A DNA stretch of 30,728 nucleotides from a virus (taxonomy: Duplodnaviria; Caudoviricetes): the IMG/VR virus record IMGVR_UViG_3300049178_000002, positions 1 to 30,728 of that record, one strand, 5' to 3'. Each line of letters opens with the position of its first letter. Position 1 is the first letter of the stretch. The position numbers and the translations under genes were made by a program. The notes beneath the pieces are model-generated. The model was not told the origin of the DNA. It saw nothing but the letters and a program-made list of their open reading frames with translations, and ran no database searches. Positions 7,832 to 16,461 of the stretch are shown in pieces.

Positions 7832-8473
7832 ATGGCGTTTGAACTCATCGAAAAGACTACACGTGGGCGCACAACACCCGCGGAACCAGAGATCCGTATC
7901 GGCTATCACTTGGCAACTGACAAGACCAAGACACGAACCATCTACTTCGCTCTCACCAACATGCTTATTGAACAGTTGGGATGACCAATCAATAGGCTCG
8001 ACAATGGACGCAAGACATGCACATTCCTCTACCACGAAGGCACGAAGGATGATGCTGGCTTCTTCTTGTTAGTGCATAATCCAAATGGGTTCACACTCGG
8101 CACCAACAAGAGGATGGGAGACATAGCCTACACACTAGCTACCAGCATCTCGGCTGAGCGGTTAAAGAACTATGCCATCAACGATGCGATTGAGGAGAAG
8201 GGAGCGATGCCGTGTGACTTCTCAATCAACAAGGATGGCTCACTACTCGTGCAGATGCCTGAGTGATTACGATACAATGGACCACCTGCCGAGGCTAAGG
8301 CAGCACCACCACCACAGCCTAAGCCGAAGGAACCGCCACCACGCCCTACCAAAGCCATCGTTCGCGAGGCCGTCGATGAAGTGACGAAGGGCGATGGCGC
8401 AGAAATCGTAACGCTCAATAGGCGTGAGCGTCGTAAGCTGGCATCGGATGTTGCCAGACGAATGGGTGGCTGA
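7832..8473 (+). CDS. Hidden 213-codon gene with two in-frame TGA codons (7982-7984, 8264-8266); readthrough/recoded gene or pseudogene
   Basis: One frame from ATG 7832 (AGGA upstream, 2 nt after the helicase stop): MAFELIEK...EQLG*PINR...VQMPE*LRYNGPP...NRRERRKLASDVARRMGG*. It fills the gap up to a terminator and contains no TGG. Confidence 0.75.
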
Positions 8474-8479
8474 TACACT

Positions 8480-8508
8480 GGCGGTCCCTAGCAATAGGGG
8501 CCGCCTTT
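8480..8508 (+). terminator. Intrinsic-terminator-like hairpin with GCAA tetraloop
   Basis: GGCGGTCCCTA-GCAA-TAGGGGCCGCC then TTT; the short T tract runs into palindrome copy 8. Confidence 0.75.
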
Positions 8509-8521
8509 CCACATTGTGGAG
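8507..8521. repeat. Palindrome copy 8, TTCCACATTGTGGAG, overlapping the DNA polymerase RBS
   Basis: Exact core; its GGAG (8518-8521) is 9 nt upstream of ATG 8531. Confidence 0.95.
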
Positions 8522-8530
8522 ACACATGCA

Positions 8531-11029
8531 ATGATGATCGCTCCAGTCACTACCATAAAGGAAATGAACAATGAACTGGCTACCTGTGTTGGTGCCGCTG
8601 GTCTCGTGTTTGATTGTGGTTGCGGTGGTAGTCTTTCTAGCAGCATCGCAATTGTGGCTGAGGCACCTGGCGAACGAGAGTGCCAACTTAAACAACCGCT
8701 TATCGGCGGTTCGGGCAAATACCTATGGGATCGCCTCCGAGCTGACAAGATTACAAGAAACGATGTCTACATTACCAACGTCGTTAAGCGAAAGCTTGTC
8801 AGTGCAGCAGATGGCATTGCTATCACAGACAAGCAAGGAAAGATCACTCTCACTCGTCAAGAGCGACACCACTGGCGTCATATACTTTGGGAAGAACTCT
8901 CACGGTTGCCCAACTTGCAATATATTGTGGCGCTTGGGAGTTATGCACTCGAAGCCCTCATTGGATACGACAGCATTACCAGGGCAAGAGGAAGTGTATT
9001 CCCACTGGACATCGCGGGACGACGTGTTCAAGCCCTGGCAACCTACAATCCCGCCCACGTGATGCGTGAACCACGCATGGAGATTGTGTTCCGCTTCGAC
9101 TTGGACAAACTAGCGAGGTTGCGTCGTGGTGAGTTTGCAGTTCCACAGATCGGGTATCTCATCAATCCGTCGTATGCAGAAACGTGCGATGCAATACGTT
9201 GGTTACACACTGTGTCAGACCCAATCGCCTATGACATTGAAACAATGGCTGGCGAAACTGCATGTATTGGCTTTGCGGCATCAAACACAGAGGGGATATG
9301 TATTAACTTTCGCTCACAAGGGCGCAATACATATCCATTGTGGGAAGAACGTGAAATCAGGTTGGGGCTACAAGCGTTATTTGCGGATAAGACAAAACAA
9401 TTTATCACACAGAATGGCCATTACGATGCGGCATGGCTGTGGTTTAAGGACCGCATCCGTGTTCACGCGCATTGGTTCGACACGATGCTCGCACACCATT
9501 GCCTCTACCCATCCCTCCCACATGATTTGGGCTTTATCACAGCGCAGTATACGGATCACCCCTACTACAAAGACGAAGGCAAACTATGGAAAGAGGAAGG
9601 AGACATCAACGCATTCTGGGAATATAACGTAAAGGACTGTTGCATCACTCGTATGGCTTACGAGCGGATGGATGTGGAGCTTGCAGATGCAGGACTGCGA
9701 GACACATTCTATGGTCATGTCATGCGTCTGCAACCCGAGCTTGTCGAGATGACAATGAACGGAGTGAGTGCAGATGAACGAAGACGAGGACGCTTCGCAG
9801 AAGAACTTGGACGAAGCCTTGAGCAAGCAAAAGAGGTATGTCAGACAAAGGCACGAGAGGCTCTTGGCGAACCAGATTACGTATTTAATCCCAATTCCAA
9901 TCCGCAACTCGCTGATCTCCTCTTTGAACGGTTGCGTTTGGTCGGCAGAGGAGGAAGTGTTGATAAGGAAAATCGCGATCGTATTAGGAAACATCCAAGA
10001 ACACCGGGACCAGCTAGAGACCTTATACTTGCGATTGACGAATACAAAGAGCAGCACAAGTTTGTCTCTACCTACGTCAGCGCCGATCCAGATGCCGATG
10101 GACGATGGAGATGCACCTGGAAACAGTCAGGAGTTGCCTCCGCTCCTGGGCGGCTCAGCAGTTCGCAAACGCATTGGGGAACTGGACTGAACATGCAGAA
10201 CATCCCCGAGGGTGCCAAGGATATGTTCGTGGCACCACCGGGCTACGAGTTCTCTTATTACGATATGAGCCAGATCGAGGCTCGCTTTGTTGCCTGTCTC
10301 GCTGACATCCCTGTGTGGAAACAACAATTTGAGCAGGCTCGTTTACAACCTGGGACATATGATGCACATTGTGCTCTAGCATCATCAATGTTCAAGGTGC
10401 CCTATGACGAAGTTCCTCGAAAGGATCGGGACGCGGAAGGACGCCCTACGATCCGATACGTTGCCAAGCGGTGTCGCCACGGTCTCAACTACCGGATGGC
10501 AGCCGACAAGCTCGCCACTGTCACAGGCTTGTCATCAGTCGAAGCTGAACAGGCTTTTCGACTGTATCACATGGCAACGCCAGAGATCACCATGTGGTGG
10601 GATGACGTTGTGGAACTCGTGCGACGGAACGGGCAGATCACTACTTGTCTTGGAAGACGATGGCTCCTACTAGAACGCTTCGACCCGATGGCACTAGACA
10701 GCATCATTGCGTTCGAGCCTCAGTCCATGAATGGCGATTGGACAAGTAGCGTCATCTACAAGTGCCACAGCGACCCTCGCTGGCCTCCTAACGCCAAGAT
10801 CGTGCTAAACGTCCACGATGCGAACATCGCCATCAATCGCATCGCGGACGGCCCGTTGGTTCGTGCTATCATGCAGGAGCACGCGGAGCAGCCTATATGG
10901 ATCAACTCAATCCGAAATCGCTTGGCTGGCATCGACAAGCCAGAGCCGCTTATCGTGCCTGCGGAGATGGGTGTATCCTTGCCGGATGCAGATGGCATAC
11001 ACCGTTGGTCCACAATCAAGAAAGTCTAA
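8531..11029 (+). CDS. polA: Family A DNA polymerase with N-terminal family-4 UDG-like domain and 3'-5' exonuclease
   Basis: UDG-like: AEAPG, GGSGKYL, YITNVVK, TYNPA. Exo I/II/III: YDIET, QNGHYD, YNVKD. Polymerase: GRLSS, NMQNIP, DMSQIEAR, AKRCRHGLNY, VHD. Confidence 0.92.
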   Translation: MMIAPVTTIKEMNNELATCVGAAGLVFDCGCGGSLSSSIAIVAEAPGERECQLKQPLIGGSGKYLWDRLRADKITRNDVYITNVVKRKLVSAADGIAITDKQGKITLTRQERHHWRHILWEELSRLPNLQYIVALGSYALEALIGYDSITRARGSVFPLDIAGRRVQALATYNPAHVMREPRMEIVFRFDLDKLARLRRGEFAVPQIGYLINPSYAETCDAIRWLHTVSDPIAYDIETMAGETACIGFAASNTEGICINFRSQGRNTYPLWEEREIRLGLQALFADKTKQFITQNGHYDAAWLWFKDRIRVHAHWFDTMLAHHCLYPSLPHDLGFITAQYTDHPYYKDEGKLWKEEGDINAFWEYNVKDCCITRMAYERMDVELADAGLRDTFYGHVMRLQPELVEMTMNGVSADERRRGRFAEELGRSLEQAKEVCQTKAREALGEPDYVFNPNSNPQLADLLFERLRLVGRGGSVDKENRDRIRKHPRTPGPARDLILAIDEYKEQHKFVSTYVSADPDADGRWRCTWKQSGVASAPGRLSSSQTHWGTGLNMQNIPEGAKDMFVAPPGYEFSYYDMSQIEARFVACLADIPVWKQQFEQARLQPGTYDAHCALASSMFKVPYDEVPRKDRDAEGRPTIRYVAKRCRHGLNYRMAADKLATVTGLSSVEAEQAFRLYHMATPEITMWWDDVVELVRRNGQITTCLGRRWLLLERFDPMALDSIIAFEPQSMNGDWTSSVIYKCHSDPRWPPNAKIVLNVHDANIAINRIADGPLVRAIMQEHAEQPIWINSIRNRLAGIDKPEPLIVPAEMGVSLPDADGIHRWSTIKKV

Positions 11030-11032
11030 GCA

Positions 11033-12277
11033 ATGAACTACAAGCGGCTCGTGCCAGCAGACAGCTTCATGGGCCGCTACTTGTCTTATATGGAACACCA
11101 AGAGACTGCACGAGCTTATGACTGGTGGTGTGGTCTGTGGGCTTTGTCTGTTGCGTGTGGTCGGAATGCCTATGTCAACCGGCCACGCGCACCTGTCTAC
11201 CTCAACTTGTTCGTTGTGCTAGTAGGAGAAAGCGGTGTCCCACGTAAGACTTCTTCAGTCCACACCGCTAGTAGTCTAGTCCGCGGCCTTGCGGGGGGAG
11301 GCCGTGCTATCGGCTTCCTCGATGCAAAGGTAACACCGGAGAGACTAGATGCCATACTTCACGCTAGAACTATGGAACATGGCGCTGCGCAGTTGTGTAT
11401 TGCTATTCCTGAACTTGCAGTGTTCATGGGCACCGAACGATACGTTGCACATATGCCCGTTCTCCTCACCGACCTATACGATTGTCCAACCGAGCGCATC
11501 GGTGGTGGGACGATTGAGCGCGGCTCGGTCGTGCAACGCAATGTTTGGCTTTCATTCCTCAGTGCTTCCACGCCTATCTGGCTACTCAAGACCGTAAACC
11601 CTAACGTAGTAGAAGGTGGCTTCACGTCACGCTGCTACTTCGTCGTAAGCAATGAGCCTAAGCGAACCATCGCATGGCCTGAGAAGCCAGACACTACACT
11701 GCATCAGGACCTATGCGATGATCTGCGCATCATACAAGCAGAAGCACTAGCGCGCGGTCCCATCGAGATCACATCATCTGGTCTAGCTACATTCACCAAG
11801 TGGTATGACAACAGGGACCGCGCACTAGACGTATTCAGACAATCCTTTCAAGCACGAGAAGACGCGCATGTGTTGCGTGTAGCAGCACTACTCTGTGTCA
11901 ATGACGGATCATGGGCCATCCGTCGCGGCCACATATCGTTGGCAATACGGCTCATCACCAGCATCAAAGACACAGCACGGCTCATCTTCGAGACAACAGA
12001 AACACGCTCCAAGATGGCACAAGGCTTCGATCAGCTACGCTCGATGCTTCTGTCATCGGGCATGGACCCACTGCCTCGTCACAAAGTATTCAACAAGCTA
12101 CGCTTCACGCTGCATGTCGAGGAGTTCAACGTCCTCTTAGAAGTGCTGCACGAGATCGGCTGCATACAGCGGTTCATGGTGCAAGGAGAGCGTGGGCGTA
12201 AGGCTGAGTGGTTACGTGGGACGCAGCTACTGATGGCTCAGGGAGTAGGTGATAAGGTGTTGGAGAAGTTCATGTAG
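11033..12277 (+). CDS. DUF3987/YfjI-like P-loop protein (putative replicative helicase-type AAA+)
   Basis: YLNLFVVLVGESGVPRKTS, VTPERL, LLTDLYD and GGFTSRCYFV patterns; follows the polymerase. Confidence 0.7.
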   Translation: MNYKRLVPADSFMGRYLSYMEHQETARAYDWWCGLWALSVACGRNAYVNRPRAPVYLNLFVVLVGESGVPRKTSSVHTASSLVRGLAGGGRAIGFLDAKVTPERLDAILHARTMEHGAAQLCIAIPELAVFMGTERYVAHMPVLLTDLYDCPTERIGGGTIERGSVVQRNVWLSFLSASTPIWLLKTVNPNVVEGGFTSRCYFVVSNEPKRTIAWPEKPDTTLHQDLCDDLRIIQAEALARGPIEITSSGLATFTKWYDNRDRALDVFRQSFQAREDAHVLRVAALLCVNDGSWAIRRGHISLAIRLITSIKDTARLIFETTETRSKMAQGFDQLRSMLLSSGMDPLPRHKVFNKLRFTLHVEEFNVLLEVLHEIGCIQRFMVQGERGRKAEWLRGTQLLMAQGVGDKVLEKFM

Positions 12278-12295
12278 TTTCCACATTGTGGAAAC
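12277..12295. repeat. Palindrome copy 9, GTTTCCACATTGTGGAAAC, filling the gap between the convergent arms
   Basis: Perfect 9-bp arms between the stop codons at 12275-12277 (+) and 12298-12300 (-). Confidence 0.95.
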
Positions 12296-12297
12296 GC

Positions 12298-15200
12298 CTA
12301 GAAGTGGAACTGCGTGTTATCTCTAGACCAGTCGATGGACCTTACGTCCACATGCCGACCCTGGACCATACTACTCAGTGAGGCATTGGCCAGCTTCACC
12401 ACCTTGTCTGCCTCTGCGTATGCGTCGTTCAGCTTGCCTGCATACTCGTTGACCTTGACCCGCTTGTCCTCTGCATTGATGTATGGGTCAGCCTCTACTG
12501 CTCTGATCTGTGCTTTCAGATCACGCACATGCGGCATGATGTTGCTTGTCAGTGTCGAATAGAAGCCTTCAACGCGACCCATCATCTGTAGCATCACAGG
12601 ATCATCACTCAGCTTACCCTCAGTTGGGGCCACTGGCACACCACCACTGCGTGACAGACCACTGAATTGCACGTCTCGTGCCTTGACTGCTGTCTGCATC
12701 TTGTCGAGTGCCAACTCAACTCCATGCTCCATGGGATTGTTCTGTGTCATCTTGATGTTGTTGCCCCATATAGCATTGCCGAATGGGGCCTTATCACGCC
12801 ACGACTGGCCGGCATCTGCTGTCAGCCCATCGTAGGCATCAGCCACACTGTGGTTAACCTCGAACCGTTCCCATGCATTCACAGACCTACCGTATGCCTC
12901 TGCTGCTGTGCCATAGATGCGACCAAGTAGGTTCTGCATCCATGTGTTGTCGTCATTGGACACCACATTGGATGTAACCTTATCAGGCACATTCGATGCC
13001 TTGCCTGTCTCACTGATTATGTTGGTGGTCAGTGGCTTGCCTTCATACAAGTTCTCCAACACTGCACCAATCGGTGCACCAATCTTATGATTGAATGCAG
13101 CCAGAGCAGCTTGGAATGCAGGCGGTGCTTGTAGAATGTCTACGAAGTCACTCAGTCCACTGATGCCTGCATTGATAGTGCCCACTGACAGATGGTTGTG
13201 GAACATATCAGCCAGGCCATGCAGCACACGCTGATAGAATGGATGGTCCGGGTCCATCGCAAATCCACCGAGTGCATTGGACATAAGTTCCCGCATCACA
13301 GGGATAATCATTCGCCATCTCTGCGGTGCACTGATCTGTGTGTAGTCGTGTGGATTGTCTGGATTGTGAAAGAAGTTGAAGTTGGATGCTAAGCTGTGTG
13401 CATCCATGAGCCTACCAAGCATAGCCAAGTGACTCTTGCCACCGATCATAGCAGTCAACAATTCAGCAGCCAGTGCTGTGCCAATGGATTGTATAGTTCC
13501 AGTCACGAAGCCTACAGGGTTGTCCCGTAGGTTGCGTGCCATACGCACCATGTCTTGGACAGACGGATTGAAGTATGGTATGTGTTGTGACAACACCTGC
13601 GCTGTGGGACTGGCACCGACCACACTTGGATCACCCATGACATTTCTGACCTCGAATGCACGTTGTGCATCTGTCAGGTTGGGGTTCTTCTCCAACTGCT
13701 TGAAATAGTATGCATTGGCTCCGTCACTAATCTCCTGATGCACGTCACGGAACATGCTGCGCAGGTTGATGTAGGTGTGTGCTAGTCCTGTAGTGCCTGG
13801 GATGCGGACCTGCGTGTATGGGATGTGCAACCCATTTGGACTGTAGACAGAAGGCACAGCTTCAGCCAGTGGTGCTCTTGGCTGTCTGCCCATCGTTGAC
13901 GCTATGTTGTATGTGGGTCTGTCTGCTGCACCGTATGCACCTGCTCCTGCACCTACCTTAGTGTGATAGCGCGCTGCATTCGATGCGAGATACTTGCCCT
14001 CCATCACAGCCGATGCACTATCCACCCACGGCTTGCCCTTCAACACCGTGAGCACTTTAGTAAAGTAATTGTCTGGTGTACGAAGCATGTCTGCGATGTT
14101 GCGTGCCATAGAGGCACCGCTATTCTGCACAGCAGTATGCAACGCCCCAGCCAATATTGTCGGGTCTGCACCCGTGTATCCCACGCGGCCACCAGTCGCA
14201 CGCTGTAGGCTACGGTCGATCAAGCCTACGCCACCAAGTCCTGCTGTGCGATCGGTTGCGATCTGCATGGCGTTGCGTAACAGGTTGATGATAGCATACG
14301 GTCGTTGTGTTAGCACCGTAGCCATTACACCTGTCGTGCCTGCTTGCACTGATCTACGCAACGAGTTGGTCAGATTAAGATAGATGTTGGTCTGTGCTTG
14401 ACCAGACTTCAACGCACGATACAAACCTGTGTTGTTGATGTGATAGGTGAACCGCTCACCATTACGATACACACTGAGAACACGTCCCTCAGTGGGATGG
14501 ATCAGTGTGCCTGTGCTATCCTTAGCTAGTGACACGATCTCTGGTCTACCAGGGGCAGCATTCTGCCACCGCTCCACCTGCGTCACCAGCTTATCGAGCA
14601 CTATATTCTTGTTCAGTTCACCGAACAGTGCTCCGTAATGCTGTGTTAGTGCGTCAATAGCACGTCCTGGTGGTGCCTCCCACCCCGGTCGTGATATGTC
14701 ACGCTCTGCCAACCCATGCTGCACCTTGCCTTCCAGGTCAGTAGTCGGCACTTGGTGTGGACGTGTGCGTAGAATGTCAGCCATCTGTTGACTATTGAGC
14801 CGTCCCATAGCCAAGGCTTCTTGCATGTTCTCAGTCTGCAAGCGCCATGATCGCTGCATGAGCGGACCAACTTCTGCGTCTGACAGACCATCACTACGCC
14901 AACGGATCAGTGTGTTGGTGTCTGTATTGAAGAAGTTGTGTCTTATCTGTTCATCTGTTGCAGTTGGTCCCATAGTCTGACGGTTCATCTGTCGGCTATT
15001 CAACTCATCCGCAGCATACATTGCCTTATCATACAGTGCCTGCTTGTCTGCTGACAAATCACCATACGGTTGTAGGATATCACGCTTCATGTTGGTAAGC
15101 GTGTGTCCTGTGCTGTCGTTCACACCTGTAGCCATCTGCTGCTGCATACGCTGGAACAGCGATGATCCACCCATCGTTGTGCCAATGTCTGCTTGCAGAC

Positions 15201-16461
15201 GCTCACCAGTCAGTTGGTTCGGTGCTGTCTCCTTTGCCAGTGTTCGTAGCTTGATAGTGTTATCGAATGCACCCTGCGATATGTCAGTGCCTACACGGCC
15301 TGCTGCACCTGGCAGTGGCGCTTCACCACGGACTGCTCCACTTTGTGGAGCGTTTGGTCCCACACCCACACCTGCATCAGCACGCGCTACCTGTGCATTG
15401 TGATTGGCTACATTGGTCGCTGTGTATATCTCATCACCACGACCTGTCAGTGTCTTGTAGAGTGGGTCGAGAAGTTTGCCTCCATACTTCAATCCCACAT
15501 GGCCAGCACCGAGTATGCCCAAGCCAATCGCAATTGCTTGTTCACCACTCAATCCACTCTCACCACCACTACTGAAGTCGGGTGCTATTACTTTGATATC
15601 TGGTCTGCCGAATGCAGCTAGCGTCTCGAAGTGTTCACCTTGTCCTGGTTGTGGTCCTGTGCTCTGGTCTGACTGTGATGGTTGGGACGTTGGCGCTGCC
15701 TGGGCGCTGCCCACTACCAAATTGATAGGAAAAGGGACAGTTGCCGGAGCCCCCGTCTCCGGATGTGCGACAGTGCCGCTTGTGTCTGGTTGCGACAAGT
15801 CAGCGAGTGGCCTATCCGGAGGCAGTCCGTGGTCTACGTTGTATTGTCGTATACGCTCCTTGGCTGGATCGAGACCAATCTCTCTCGCCATACGGTCCTG
15901 TTGACGCTCTGCTAATATACCTGCACCACCAGTGAATGCTGCACCAACGATGGGTGCTGTCCCAGTGGCATCAAGTGTTGGCACAACCATGTGTGCAGCG
16001 AACCGTCCCAGCCGTGTAGGTATCGCGCCGATTACACCAGCACCAGGAACTGACATACCACCAGCACTAAAAGCCATATCCTGTATGGTCTTCTCCTCTG
16101 GCGTCTGTCCTTCCATGTGTGGAACTACACTATTCACCTGATCCGCAGCATTGCGATAACGCTCACCTGCTGCTGTAGCGAAGTCGAATGGTTTGAGATT
16201 TGTTGGCACTCCCAGCTTGCTGCTTGCATAGTTGATTGCAAGCGGTCCAAGATTGGTTGCAGCCTCTGCTGCTTGTATGGCTCCTGGCAACTGTAGTGTC
16301 GCGTTGCCTTGTGCATCCTTACCAACAGGCGAGAACTGTGTAAGTAGTCCTGGCAACAAGTTGGTTACGGCTAGACCAGCACCACGCAACTGTGCTTCTC
16401 TCTCCGCTCTCCCTTCTGGACTGTCGAAGGCATATGGCGATGGGATCAATACATCGCTCAT
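12298..16461 (-). CDS. Large internal virion / DNA ejection protein
   Basis: 1387 aa, A/G/Q-rich, last gene of the virion operon as in podoviruses. No catalytic motif recognised. Confidence 0.7.
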   Translation of the reverse strand: MSDVLIPSPYAFDSPEGRAEREAQLRGAGLAVTNLLPGLLTQFSPVGKDAQGNATLQLPGAIQAAEAATNLGPLAINYASSKLGVPTNLKPFDFATAAGERYRNAADQVNSVVPHMEGQTPEEKTIQDMAFSAGGMSVPGAGVIGAIPTRLGRFAAHMVVPTLDATGTAPIVGAAFTGGAGILAERQQDRMAREIGLDPAKERIRQYNVDHGLPPDRPLADLSQPDTSGTVAHPETGAPATVPFPINLVVGSAQAAPTSQPSQSDQSTGPQPGQGEHFETLAAFGRPDIKVIAPDFSSGGESGLSGEQAIAIGLGILGAGHVGLKYGGKLLDPLYKTLTGRGDEIYTATNVANHNAQVARADAGVGVGPNAPQSGAVRGEAPLPGAAGRVGTDISQGAFDNTIKLRTLAKETAPNQLTGERLQADIGTTMGGSSLFQRMQQQMATGVNDSTGHTLTNMKRDILQPYGDLSADKQALYDKAMYAADELNSRQMNRQTMGPTATDEQIRHNFFNTDTNTLIRWRSDGLSDAEVGPLMQRSWRLQTENMQEALAMGRLNSQQMADILRTRPHQVPTTDLEGKVQHGLAERDISRPGWEAPPGRAIDALTQHYGALFGELNKNIVLDKLVTQVERWQNAAPGRPEIVSLAKDSTGTLIHPTEGRVLSVYRNGERFTYHINNTGLYRALKSGQAQTNIYLNLTNSLRRSVQAGTTGVMATVLTQRPYAIINLLRNAMQIATDRTAGLGGVGLIDRSLQRATGGRVGYTGADPTILAGALHTAVQNSGASMARNIADMLRTPDNYFTKVLTVLKGKPWVDSASAVMEGKYLASNAARYHTKVGAGAGAYGAADRPTYNIASTMGRQPRAPLAEAVPSVYSPNGLHIPYTQVRIPGTTGLAHTYINLRSMFRDVHQEISDGANAYYFKQLEKNPNLTDAQRAFEVRNVMGDPSVVGASPTAQVLSQHIPYFNPSVQDMVRMARNLRDNPVGFVTGTIQSIGTALAAELLTAMIGGKSHLAMLGRLMDAHSLASNFNFFHNPDNPHDYTQISAPQRWRMIIPVMRELMSNALGGFAMDPDHPFYQRVLHGLADMFHNHLSVGTINAGISGLSDFVDILQAPPAFQAALAAFNHKIGAPIGAVLENLYEGKPLTTNIISETGKASNVPDKVTSNVVSNDDNTWMQNLLGRIYGTAAEAYGRSVNAWERFEVNHSVADAYDGLTADAGQSWRDKAPFGNAIWGNNIKMTQNNPMEHGVELALDKMQTAVKARDVQFSGLSRSGGVPVAPTEGKLSDDPVMLQMMGRVEGFYSTLTSNIMPHVRDLKAQIRAVEADPYINAEDKRVKVNEYAGKLNDAYAEADKVVKLANASLSSMVQGRHVDVRSIDWSRDNTQFHF
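15335..15351. repeat. Palindrome variant GCTCCACTTTGTGGAGC (inside CDS, reads PQSG)
   Basis: One substitution relative to the core. Confidence 0.65.

Noticed and set aside
7982-8300. Selenocysteine at the in-frame TGAs
   Set aside because: No redox-type Cys motif context and no evident bacterial SECIS hairpin right after either TGA; the contexts fit Trp better. Not computationally tested.
7839-8478. ORF-track calls 7839-8072, 8066-8266, 8172-8384 and 8170-8478(-) as separate genes
   Set aside because: They lack convincing RBSs and are better explained as fragments or shadows of the single frame 7832-8473.
1197-12293. Palindrome copies as a CRISPR array (a Cas4-like gene is nearby)
   Set aside because: Copies are 0.5-3.8 kb apart, only 13-19 bp long, and many lie inside genes; there is no repeat-spacer periodicity.
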